DNA from: an uncultured Candidatus Rokubacteria bacterium | GTDB lineage: Bacteria; Methylomirabilota; Methylomirabilia; Rokubacteriales; CSP1-6 | Length of the DNA: 64,000 nucleotides | Reading direction: 5' to 3' | Assembly: GCA_963758635.1 (NCBI GenBank) | Contig: CAVWWD010000007.1 | Span: 288,001-352,000, forward strand | Shown here: positions 1-10,201 of the stretch, in pieces | Numbering within the stretch: position 1 is the stretch's first letter | Layout: each line of letters opens with the position of its first letter | Made by a program: the position numbers and the translations under genes | The notes under the pieces: model-generated | Seen by the model: the letters and a program-made list of their open reading frames with translations, nothing else | The model's database searches: none | What the model was told of the DNA's origin: nothing

Positions 1-89
1 TTGCGGCCGCGGCCGGACGGCTCACCGAGGAGGCGTTCGTCGACCGCTTCGGCGCGCTGCCGGAAATGGCGATCCCGCGCCAGGCGTAA
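1..89 (+). CDS. 3' end of an unknown CDS (partial)
   Basis: Frame 3 reads AAAAGRLTEEAFVDRFGALPEMAIPRQA* with GC3-rich codons; TAA at 87-89. Confidence 0.4.
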   Translation, partial: AAAAGRLTEEAFVDRFGALPEMAIPRQA

Positions 90-111
90 CACCGAAGCGA
101 CCGATCGGCGG

Positions 112-309
112 TCAGCATGCGACGACCTTGAACTTCATTACCGTCTCCGGCGTCATGTGATTGGCGGCGCCGCGCTCGTCGCCGGCTCCCCACTTCGACG
201 GACACCGCTGGCTCGGGGGAAGTGGCTTCCAGTCCTGAGCCGGTGCCGCGGTGGCGCCGAACAGCACGAGAGCGAGGCCTGCCGACAGGAACCGCATCGT
301 CTTCGTCAT
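112..309 (-). pseudogene. Truncated cyclase-family (kynurenine formamidase-like) exported protein, N-terminus only
   Basis: Signal-peptide-like MTKTMRFLSAGLALVLFGATAAPA, then CPSKWGAGDERGAANHMTPETV, the WG.xDExG..N..TP start of cyclase-family proteins; stops after 65 aa. Confidence 0.6.
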
Positions 310-899
310 GGCGGGGCCTCCAGGCTGGGGGTTCTCTGCAATGGGAGGCGTCCGAGCCTTTGCGCTCTCAATCGTGCCGCGAAACGTCGACAGCGGCGTG
401 CCGGCGTAGGCGAGCAACCTCTCACGGGCCTCGGCGACCTGCCTGCGCGCACCCCGCATTACCGGCCGCGGGTCGGCCAGGGAGATGAGCTTGCCCCGTA
501 GTTCCATGACCAGGCGGAAGTAGCCCGGGTCGTCTGACCGACCTCGGCCGCTCATCGTACCTCCCCTCGTTACCGGGCGCACTCGTGATCGAAAGGCTGT
601 CGTGACCACGAGAGGCCGTCTTGAGGTCGAGCCGGGCGATCACGAGGCTTCCGGATGAGCGCCGGGACGGCCAGGGGGCGGTGGCGTGCGCGCCGTGGCC
701 TGGGAACGGGGACCGTGACGCTGCCGGCATCGGTGCGTCGCCGCATGGCGATATGACGGCGACCGTGATGCTCCGCCGTCCGCGTGGGATTCTACCTGGA
801 AGACGACCATCGCCGTCAGGTCGCTTCATGCTGCTCGCTCCGTGAGGGGGAGGATGATTCGGACCCCGCGCTCCATACGACGCTGGCGGCTGGCCGGGG

Positions 900-975
900 G
901 CGGCCCATCCACTACCACACGCTCGTGTTCGACGGCGTCTTCTTTGCCGATGGCGCGAGCGGAGCAACCTCTTGA
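900..975 (+). mobile_element. Remnant of IS91-like (Y2/HUH) transposase
   Basis: Reads IHYHTLVFDGVF, matching the HUH motif region (H.H.L..DGV) of IS91-family transposases; the rest of the gene is absent. Confidence 0.45.
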
Positions 976-1081
976 GACTTCACACCTAGCTTGGAACGCG
1001 CGCCCGGGGTCGGCGGGTGCGGCGACGGGGCGGGCCAGTCCGCCGTTGTCAACGCGGGATGCGGGCAACATACTAGGGCGC

Positions 1082-2425
1082 ATGAGCGATCTCTGCCTCC
1101 TCTCCGCCTCGGAAGCGGCCCGCCGGATCCGCGCGGGCGCCCTGTCTCCCGTCGATCTGCTCAGCGCCTGCCTCGAGCGCGTGGACGCGCTCGAGCCCCG
1201 GCTCTCCGCGTGGGTGGAGCTCGACCGCGACGCCGCGCTGCGCGTGGCCCGCGAGCGCGCCGCCGAGGGGAGAGGCGGGCGCTTCCTCGGCGCGCTGCAC
1301 GGCGTGCCCGTCGCGCTGAAGGACATCTTCGACGCCGCCGGGCTCCCCACGCGCGCCGGCGTCGACTTCTACGATGGGCGGCCCACCGCCGACGCGGTCT
1401 CGGTGGCGCGCCTGCGCGCCCACGGCGCCGTGATCATGGGCAAGGTCGTGACGACGTCCTTCGCGCTCATGGATCCCGGCCCGACGCGCAACCCGTGGAA
1501 CCCCGAGCACACACCCGGCGGCTCGTCGAGCGGCTCGGGCGCGGCGGTGGGCGCCCGGATGGCGCCCCTCGCGCTGGGCACGCAGACGGTGGGGTCGACC
1601 CTCCGGCCCGCCGCCTACTGCGGGGTGGTGGGATTCAAGGCGACGCACGGGCGCATCCCCGCCACCGGCGTGGTGCCGCTGGCCTCGAGCCTGGATCACG
1701 TCGGGATCATCTGCCGCTCCGTCGAGGACGCCGCGCTCGCGCTCGGGGTCATGGCGGGCCACGACGCCAGCGATCCCCTGTCCAGCCCGATGCCGGTGGA
1801 CGACTTCGGCGCCGGCCTGCGCGATCCGGCCCCGCCGCGGATCGGCATCATGCGGTCCCTCGTCGCGCGCGCGGCGCCGGAGACGGCGGCCCACGTGGAG
1901 GCCACGGCGGCGGCGCTCGCGCGGGCTGGCGCGACCGTGGTCGAGGTCGCGCTGCCGCCCGCCTTCGAGGGGCTCCACGACCTCGGGCAGCGCGTGGTGC
2001 GGGTCGAGGCGGCCGCGTTCCACCGCGACCTCTTCGCGCGCCACGCCGACCGCTACCCGCCGCGCCTCAAGGAGGCGGTCGAGCTGGGGCGCACGATCTC
2101 CGGCGTCGAGTTCCTCGAGGCCCAGGCCGCGCGCCGCCGGTTCCGCGCCGAGATGACGGCGGTGGCCGGGCGCTTCGACGCGCTCCTGTCGCCCACCGCG
2201 CCCGGGCCGGCGCCGAAGGGCATCGACGCCACCGGCGACCCGTGGTTCTGCGCCCCGTGGAGCTACGCCGGCATGCCCGCCATCTCGCTGCCCAGCGGGC
2301 TCGACGCCCAGCGCCTGCCGCTGGCCATCCAGCTCGTGGGCGCGCCGTGGGCGGAGACGCGGCTCCTCGGCGCGGCGTCCTGGTGCGAGCGCGCCATCGG
2401 GTTCGCGGAGGCGCCGCGTGCTTGA
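1082..2425 (+). CDS. Amidase signature family protein
   Basis: GVPVALKD, PGGSSSGS and GTQTVGSTLRPAAYCG motifs. Confidence 0.93.
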   Translation: MSDLCLLSASEAARRIRAGALSPVDLLSACLERVDALEPRLSAWVELDRDAALRVARERAAEGRGGRFLGALHGVPVALKDIFDAAGLPTRAGVDFYDGRPTADAVSVARLRAHGAVIMGKVVTTSFALMDPGPTRNPWNPEHTPGGSSSGSGAAVGARMAPLALGTQTVGSTLRPAAYCGVVGFKATHGRIPATGVVPLASSLDHVGIICRSVEDAALALGVMAGHDASDPLSSPMPVDDFGAGLRDPAPPRIGIMRSLVARAAPETAAHVEATAAALARAGATVVEVALPPAFEGLHDLGQRVVRVEAAAFHRDLFARHADRYPPRLKEAVELGRTISGVEFLEAQAARRRFRAEMTAVAGRFDALLSPTAPGPAPKGIDATGDPWFCAPWSYAGMPAISLPSGLDAQRLPLAIQLVGAPWAETRLLGAASWCERAIGFAEAPRA

Positions 2426-4009
2426 ACGTCAAGGTCCAGGGCGGGCAGGTGCTCGATGGCACGGGCGCGCCCGCCGTCCGGGCCGACGTGGGGATCCAGG
2501 GCGAGAGCATCGCGGTCGTCGGCGACCTCTCCCGCGAGCCGGCGGGACGCACCGTGGACGCCTCGGGCCTCACCGTGACGCCCGGGTTCATCGACATGCA
2601 CTCGCACTCCGACTGGCAGCTCTGGGGCAACCCGCGCGCGGAATCCAAGATCCGGCAGGGCGTGACCACGGAGGTCGTGGGCAACTGCGGCTTCTCCCCC
2701 GCGCCGGTGGCCGACGAGTACCGCGACGAGATGCGCGGGCTTCGCCCTCTACACGACCAAGGGCATGGACTTCTCGTGGCGCTCGATGGGCGAGTACCTG
2801 GCGCGCTACGCCGACCGGGGCATCGCGCTCAACGTGATCCAGCTCGTCGGCCACGGGGCGCTCAGGCTGGCCGCGATGGGCTTCGCGCGGCGCGAGCCCA
2901 CGCCGGCGGAGATGCTCGCGATGGAGCGGTTGATGGACGAGTCGATGCGCGACGGCGCCTGGGGGCTCGCCACCGGCCTGATCTACGCGCCGGGCTCGTA
3001 CGCGCGCACGGACGAGATCGTCGCCGTGGCCCGCCGCGCCGCCGCGGCCCGCGGATTCTACGCGAGCCACATCCGGGGCGAAGGCGCGACGCTCCTCGAC
3101 TCCGTGCGCGAGGCGATCCGCGTCGGCCGCGAGGGCGGGCTGCCCGTGCAGGTGAGCCACCTCAAGGCGGCGGGCCGGCCGCACTGGGGCCGCGTGGCCG
3201 ACGCGCTCGCGCTGATCGACGCCGCGCGCGCCGAGGGCCTCGACGTGATGGCCGACGCGTACCCCTACACGGCGTCCAGCACCTCGCTGCGCACGCTCTT
3301 GCCGGACTGGGTCCTCGAGGGCGGGATCGCGCCGATGCTCGAGCGCCTCCGCGACCGGAGCGCGAAGGAACGGATCCGCGCCGAGCTGACCGGGGGCAGC
3401 CCGGTGCTCTCGCGCGGCCTCGGCTGGGAGGACATCATGATCTCCTACGCGCCGGCGCGCCCCGACGCGCAGGGCCGCCGGCTGTCCCAGATCGCCGCGG
3501 CGTGGAGCCGCGATCCGCTCGACGCCGCCATCGACCTGCTCCTCGCCGAGGGCGGCAAGGGCTCGATGATCCTCTTCCAGCTCGACGAGGACGACGTCCG
3601 GCGCGCCCTCGCGCATCCGCAGGTGATGATCGGGTCGGACGGCTCGGCGCTGGCGCCGGACGGCGAGATGGGCGCGGCCAAGCCCCACCCGCGCAGCTAC
3701 GGCACCTTCCCGCGCGTGCTCGGACGCTACGCGCGCGAGCAGGCGGTGCTGTCGCTGCCGGAGGCCGTGCACAAGATGACGGGCCTGCCCGCGCGGCGGC
3801 TCCGCCTGTCCGATCGCGGCGTGCTCCGGGCGGGGGCCAAGGCCGACCTCGTCGCGTTCGACGCCGGCCGGGTCGCCGACCTCGCGACGTACGAGGATCC
3901 TCATCAGTACGCCACGGGCATCGAGCACGTCCTCGTGAACGGGCGCGTGGTCATCGCCCGCGGCGAGCACACCGGCGCGCTGCCGGGGCGGGTCCTGACC
4001 CCGCCGTGA
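2422..4009 (+). CDS. N-acyl-D-amino-acid deacylase (D-aminoacylase); frameshift near 2738
   Basis: DGTGAP..ADVGI, PGFIDMHSHSD and QGVTTEVVGNCG in one frame; GLIYAPG, SHIRGE, GSDG and HPRSYGTFPRVLG in ORF 2765-4009. Confidence 0.9.
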
Positions 4010-4037
4010 CCCGGCCAGCGGCGACGGGCGGAGCCGC

Positions 4038-7000
4038 ATGAAGATCGGGCGGCTCTTCCCCGACCTCCTCACCACGCTGGGCCGGGCCGCCGCGCCGGAG
4101 GCCGGCTTCGCGTTCACGCTGCGGCGGCTGGTCGCGCTGTCCGGCGCCACCGCGGGCGGCCTGGAGTTCCTCTCCGGCCGCGGCGCGCCGTGTCCTGGTG
4201 ACCGCGGGGACGAAGCCGGGCTCCGCGCTCGACGCCTGGATCAGGGAGCACGTGGCCGACCCGGTGCGGGCCGCCGGCGTCCGCCGGCTGAGCGAGCGGC
4301 CGCCGGGGTGGCGGCCGGGAGAGCCGCCCGTCGTCTTCCGCGCGCCGCCTCGGCGATCCCCGGCGGCCGGTCGGCCATCTCCTCCTCCTGGGCCGGCGGG
4401 GCCGCCAGGGCCTCGAGGCCCGCCCGGTGCCGTCGAGCTTCCCGCGCGAGTTCGGCCTCGCCATGGAGCAGGTGTGGCGGCTTCACGAGCGCACCGCGCG
4501 CCTGGAGGTCCTGAACGAGGTCACCCGGCTCATCGCCAGCACCGTCGATCTCGCGCGCATCTACCAGATGGTGACGCAGTCGCTCGAGCCGGCTCGTCGC
4601 CTTCGACGCGCTCGCCGTGGCCCTCCTCGATCGCGAGCGGGGCGAGCTGTCGGTGGTGGAGGTGCCGCGCGCCGCCGACGGCGCCGCCTCCCATCTCCGG
4701 GCTCCCGCGCGGGACACCCTGGCGGAGTGGGTGATGTCGGAGCGGGTCCCGCGGCGCGTCGACGACGGGCGCGATCCGTCCCTGCCCGAGGCGGCGCGGC
4801 GCATGCTCGCGTCGCGCGGCTTCGCGTCCCTCGTCGTGGTCCCGCTGATGTCGGGCGGCGAGGTGATCGGCACGCTGAACGTCATGCACCGGGAGCCTGG
4901 GCGCTTCACCGACGCGGACGCCGAGGTCCTCGGCGAGGTGGCCCGCCCCCTCGCCTCCGCCATCGAGCAGGCGCGGCTGCACGGGGAGACGGCGCGCCGG
5001 GCCGAGGCGCTGGCCGCGCTCAACCGGACGACCCAGCTCATCACGTCGCGCCTCGAGCTGTCCGCGGTGCTGGAGGCGATCAGCCGCGCGGTGACCGATC
5101 TCATCGGCAGCACCGGCTGCGGCATCGGGCTCCTCAACGCGAACCGGAGCGCCGTCGACCACGTGGCCGCCCACGGCTTCCGCACGGAGTCGTGGCGCGG
5201 CCTGTCCATGCCGGTGGGCCAGGGCATCATCGGCCGGGCCGGGGCGTCCGGCACGGCCATCCGCGTGGACGACGTGCGCCTCGATCCGCGCTCGGCCATG
5301 CGCGACGTGGACGACGACGAGGGCATCCGCTCCATGCTCTCCGTGCCGCTCCGGGTGGGCCGCGACGTGATCGGCGTGATCTCCGCCTTCTCGCACACCG
5401 CGGGCTTCTTCACCGCGCGCGACCAGACGGTCCTCGAGGCCTTCGCCGACCAGGCCGGGATCGCGATCCAGAACGCCCGCCTCTTCGAGGAGAGCCAGCA
5501 GCGAAGCCGCCAGACGCAGGCCCTGCTCGAGGCCGGGCGCGCGGTGAGCCAGAGCCTGGACGTGAACGAGACGATCCACGTCATCCTCCAGCAGGCGCGC
5601 GCGGTGCTCGGCGTGGAGTCGTGCAGCGTGTTCACGCTCGACGAGGTGTCGGGCGAGCTCACGCCGGCGGCGAGCCTCGACCTGGACCCGGCGACGGTGG
5701 GCCGGATCCGCATCCGCGTGGGCGAGGGGATCACCGGGCTCGCGGTGAAGGAGCGCCGGCCCATGCAGAGCACGGACGTGGTGGCCGACCCCCGCGTGCG
5801 TCACCCCCAGGTCCCGGCGGCGAGCGGGCTCCGCTCGCTCCTCGCCACCCCGCTGCTCCTCGGCGATCGGGTGATCGGCGCCCTCACCGTCCTGCGCGCC
5901 GACGTCCATCACTTCACCGCGGAAGAGCAGGCGCTCACCGCCGCCTTCGCCGACCAGGCCGCCATCGCGCTCGAGCACGCCCGGCTGTTCAGCTCCGTGC
6001 GGACGTACTCCGAGCGGCTCGAGAGCATGGTGACCGAGCGCACGCGCCAGCTCGACGAGCAGAAGCGCTTCGTCGAGGTCGTCCTCGAGACGCTGCCCCT
6101 CGGCCTCTACGTGCTCGACAGCAGCTTCCACGTGATCAGCGCCAACCCGGAGGGCGCGCGCGCCCTGGGCGGCCGCCCCGCGGTGGGGCATGCCTTCCTC
6201 GCCCTCGTGCCCGATGCCACGGTGGAGAGCGTCCGCAGCTTCCTCGCCTCCGTCCTCGAGAGCGGACAGGTGCGCTATGCCGAGGAGGTCGTGGTCGAGG
6301 GCGGCGACGCCCGCACCCTCCGGCTCACCGGGGCGCCGCTCCATTCCCCGGGCGGCGGCCCCACGCACGCCCTGGTCCTCGTCGAGGACGTCACCCTGCA
6401 GAAGCGACTGGAGCGCCAGATGCTCCTCACCGAGCGCCTGACCACGGCGGGCACGCTCGTCGCCGGCGTCGCCCACGAGCTGAACAACCCCCTCGCCACC
6501 ATCGCCGGGTGCGCGGAGGCGCTGCGCGAGCGCGCGCAGGATCCCGCTCTCGGCGCGCTGGACGCGTTCAAGGACTTCCCGTCGTACCTGTCGCTGATCG
6601 AGGAGGAGGCGTACCGCTGCAAGGAGTTCACGTCGAGCCTCCTCCAGTTCGTCCGCGAGCCGGGGAGCCGCCGCGCTGTCACCGACGTGAACGGGCTCGT
6701 CACCAAGACCCTCGAGCTCCTGCGGCACCAGCCGCGCTTCGCCGCGAGCCAGCTCCTCACCGAGCTGGCGACGGAGGTGCCGGAGATCGTCGCCAACGAG
6801 GGACAGCTCCGGCAGGTCGTCCTCGGCCTCGCCGCCAACGCGCTCGAGGCCATGGAGGGACGCGGCACGCTCGTCGTGCGTACGCGGCTCAGCGCGCCCG
6901 GGGAGGTCGAGATCGCCCTCATCGACCAGGGGCCGGGCATCGCCGAGGACGTGCTGCCGCGCATCTTCGATCCGTTCTTCACCACCAAGCCGCCGGGGCA

Positions 7001-7139
7001 GGGGACCGGCCTCGGCCTCGCCATCGCCCAGGGCATCGTGGCCGACCACGGGGGGCGCATCGAGGTGTCGTCCCGGCCCGGGCACGGGAGCACGTTCCGC
7101 GTGCTCGTGCCCGTGCGCCCCGAGGAGACTCCGGCATGA
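4038..7139 (+). CDS. Multi-GAF + PAS sensor histidine kinase; several frameshifts in 4190-4600
   Basis: At least three GAF repeats (VPL..G.VIG.L...F), H-box AGVAHELNNPL, N-box QVVLGLAANA, DQGPGI, FDPFFTTK, GTGLGL. Confidence 0.9.
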
Positions 7140-7226
7140 TCCGGGGGCTCGTGGCTGGGGAGGCATCGGCATGATCAGGGGGCTCGTGGCCGGGGAGACG
7201 CCGGCATGATCCGGGTGCTCGTGGCC
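7122..7226 (+). repeat. Three tandem 35-bp copies of the kinase-stop/RBS/regulator-start junction
   Basis: gaggagactccggcATGAtccgggggctcgtggct / ggggaggcatcggcATGAtcagggggctcgtggcc / ggggagacgccggcATGAtccgggtgctcgtggcc; ATGs at 7136, 7171, 7206. Confidence 0.92.
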
Positions 7227-8550
7227 GACGACGAGCGGAACCTCCGGGAGCTTCTCGTGCGCGAGCTGGGCCGGAAAGGCCACGCGGTCGACGGCGTGGG
7301 CGACGGCCAGGCCGCGCTGGACCGCGTGCGGGAGGACCCGCCGGACGTGCTCGTCCTCGACATGCGGATGCCGCGCGTGGAGGGGATCGAGGTGCTCCGC
7401 GCGCTCCAGACGTACCCCGAGGTGCCCCAGGTCATCGTCACCACCGGCTTCCAGGAGGTCGGCAACGCGGTGGAGGCGATGAAGCTCGGCGCCTACGATT
7501 ACCTGACGAAGCCCGCCCGCATCGAGGAACTGGACATCCTCATCCGCAAGGCCGCGGAGAAGGGGCGGCTGATCCGCCAGAACGTGGTCCTGAAGAACCA
7601 GCTCGACGCCGCCGGGCCGCCCGCGGGCATCATCTCGGTCAGCGCGAAGATGCAGGACGTGCTGCGGCTCCTGGATCGTGTGGCGCCGACGGAGTCCTCG
7701 GTGCTCATCCTGGGCGAGAGCGGCACCGGGAAGGAGCTGGTGGCGCGCGCCGTCCACGACCGCTCCCCGCGGCAGAGCCAGGCCTTCGTGCCCATCCACT
7801 GCGGGGCGCTCCCGCGCGAGGTGCTCGAGAGCGAGCTGTTCGGGCACGAGCGTGGCGCGTTCACGGGAGCGGTGGGGATGAAGCCGGGCCTCATCGAGCT
7901 CGCCGACGGCGGGACGCTGCTCCTCGACGAGATCGGCGAGATGGAGCCGGAGAGCCAGGTCCGGCTGCTCCGCGTGCTCGAGACGAAGAGCTTCTTCCGG
8001 GTCGGCGGGACGCGGAGCCGGACGGTGGACATGCGGCTGGTCGCCGCCACCAACCGCGACCTCGCCGACGCCATCAGGAACGGCCGCTTCCGCCAGGACC
8101 TGTTCTACCGGCTCAACACGATCACGATCGCGCCTTCCCGCGCTTCGCGAGCGCCGGGAGGACGTCCGCGTCCTCGCCGAGCACTTCGTGGAGCGCAACG
8201 CCGCCTACGGCCGCAAGCGCCTCTCCGCCGAGGCGCTGGCCGCCCTCGAGGCCTACGACTGGCCGGGCAACGTGCGTGAGCTTCAGCACGCGATCGAGCG
8301 CGCGGTGATCCTCGCCGCCGGCGACGTGATCCAGCCCGCGGACCTGCCCGCCGAGCTGCAGACGGGCGGCGGCAGCCCGTCGGCCCTGCCCGCCGGGAGC
8401 CTCGAGGACATGGAGCGGCAGCACATCATCTCCGTCCTCCGCCAGGTGAATGGCCACCGGGGCAAGGCGGCCACGCTGCTCGGCATCGACCCCAAGACGC
8501 TCTACCGGAAGATTCACGGCTACGGCATCAACCCCGAAGCGATGAGCTGA
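7206..8550 (+). CDS. Sigma54-dependent NtrC/AtoC-family response regulator; frameshift near 8135-8150
   Basis: Receiver (VADDE, LDMRMP), Walker [34 protein letters not shown], Fis-type [14 protein letters not shown]. Confidence 0.93.
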
Positions 8551-8706
8551 CCGCCGGCGCGGCAGCGGCCGACGAGCGGGACGGGCGCCGCGCCATGCGA
8601 CGGCGCGCCCGAACACCCGGCCGCCTGCGGGCATCCTGCCCGATCGCTCCGGAACGTCACCGCCGGCAACGTGCCGAAATCGTGGAAGAGCGTGCACGTG
8701 GGGACG

Positions 8707-8721
8707 CGGCACGGTTGTTGC
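8707..8721 (+). promoter_or_regulatory. Sigma54 (-24/-12) promoter
   Basis: cGGCACggttgTTGC; GG at 8708-8709 and GC at 8720-8721; about 60 bp upstream of the ATG at 8782. Confidence 0.75.
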
Positions 8722-8781
8722 CCATTCAGCTTGACGCCGGAAGGCGAGCCCATCGCAACCAAGAGGAGAGAGAGAGCCTAC

Positions 8782-9189
8782 ATGCACCGCGTGCTTCTGA
8801 TCGAGCCCGATCGCGTCATCAGTCAGTCCGTCGGCATGCGTTGCCTGTCGAATGGGATCGCCGTCCGCGTGACCGACACGCTCTGCGAGGGCGTTCGCTA
8901 TCTACTCGAGGCGCCCGTGTCCGCCGTCGTCGTCGACGCCGGGCTGATCCGGCTGTCGCCCGCCGAGCAGGCGCGTCTCTTCGAGGCGGTGGCGCCCGGG
9001 GTGCCCGTCGTCGTGACGGTCAAGCCGAATGCGCCGATGGAGGAGCACGTGCGCTTCGAGGTGGAGGGCTTCATCGTCGCCGCGAAGCCGGTCGACCCCG
9101 TCGACCTCCTGGCGAAGCTCGAACCGATGAGTCGTCTCGCCCCGGCGGCCCGCGACGCGGCCGCACGGGTGCAGGCGCTCTGCGGATAG
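8782..9189 (+). CDS. Stand-alone receiver-domain-like protein (atypical)
   Basis: RVLLIEPD...SAVVVD...VPVVVT...AKP follows the CheY-like pattern; purine-rich RBS. Confidence 0.65.
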   Translation: MHRVLLIEPDRVISQSVGMRCLSNGIAVRVTDTLCEGVRYLLEAPVSAVVVDAGLIRLSPAEQARLFEAVAPGVPVVVTVKPNAPMEEHVRFEVEGFIVAAKPVDPVDLLAKLEPMSRLAPAARDAAARVQALCG

Positions 9190-9203
9190 CACGGAAGCGC
9201 GCG

Positions 9204-9410
9204 ATGGGTCGGGCCAGCCTCGTCGCCGTGCTGGTGCTGGGCCTGATGATCGCGCTGCTCGGCGCTCTCGATACGGTGGGCGAGGCGGTGTGGGAGGAGC
9301 GTGGCGGCGTGGTCACGGCGGACGTCCGACGCGCGCCCGCCGACGACATCCCGTCGGGCTCGGAGCTCGATCTCATCGAGCCCCCGCTGACGGCCTGGCC
9401 GACCCGCTAG
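9204..9410 (+). CDS. Small hypothetical protein with N-terminal membrane or signal helix
   Basis: MGRASLVAVLVLGLMIALLGAL..., 68 aa. Confidence 0.45.
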   Translation: MGRASLVAVLVLGLMIALLGALDTVGEAVWEERGGVVTADVRRAPADDIPSGSELDLIEPPLTAWPTR

Positions 9411-9668
9411 CAGCGCCCCGCGGGCCGGCCGGCGCGCCGTCCTCTCGACGAGGAGGGAGGACGGCGCGTGTTTCTTCTCTGCTCGGCGCGCTGTTGCGTG
9501 TCCTCGACGTGGTCACGGGAGACGCTCGCCTCACAAGCCGCCGGCAGCGCCCCTGAGGTCCTGGTGTACACTACGGCCGGTGCGCGTGAGCGGTCACCCT
9601 TGCCTCCGATGGGCTCCTCCGAGTCGGGGCCTGAACGAGCCGGAGGAGAAGGTCGAAGGAGGTACCAG

Positions 9669-10049
9669 ATGGCGGCAAAGCTTTACGTGGGCGGGCTGTC
9701 GTACTCCACCACCAGTGAAACTCTCAGGGAATACTTCTCCCAGTGCGGCACCGTCGAGTCGGCCTCGGTCGTCACCGACAAGTTCTCCGGTCAGTCCCGC
9801 GGGTTCGGGTTCGTCGAGATGGCGACGACCGAGGAGGCGCAGCGCGCCATCGCCGAGCTGAACGGGAAGGACCTCGACGGCCGGAAGCTCACCGTGAACG
9901 TGTCCAACCCGCGCCCCGCGGGCGGAGCGGGCGGCGGGCGGCCCGGCGGCCGTGGCGGCCGTCCCGGGGGCCCGGGCGGGCGCGGCGGTGGCGGCGGCGA
10001 TCGGGCGGCCTACGGCGTGCCGCCCTCGAAGAAGCCCTTCCGCTGGTAG
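9669..10049 (+). CDS. RRM RNA-binding protein with Gly/Arg-rich tail
   Basis: RNP2 KLYVGGL, RNP1 RGFGFVEM; AAGGAGG RBS. Confidence 0.95.
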   Translation: MAAKLYVGGLSYSTTSETLREYFSQCGTVESASVVTDKFSGQSRGFGFVEMATTEEAQRAIAELNGKDLDGRKLTVNVSNPRPAGGAGGGRPGGRGGRPGGPGGRGGGGGDRAAYGVPPSKKPFRW

Positions 10050-10201
10050 CCTCCTGGCCGACGGCGGGAACCGAACCTCCACGGGCGCGGTGAGCGATCA
10101 TCGCGCCCGTGGTGCGTCCGGAGCCGGCACGGACGGCGCGGCGACGGCGCCGCGGCGGCGGCCGCGCCGCGTGGGCGGCGGTCAGAGGACGGGCGAGGCG
10201 C

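Noticed and set aside
991..8198. Very long ORFs 991-4041, 4427-7174 and 4530-8198
   Set aside because: Shadow or antisense frames of real genes in stop-poor high-GC DNA; only the stretch from 2422 to about 2738 and a short part near 4430-4590 are real coding sequence exposed by frameshifts
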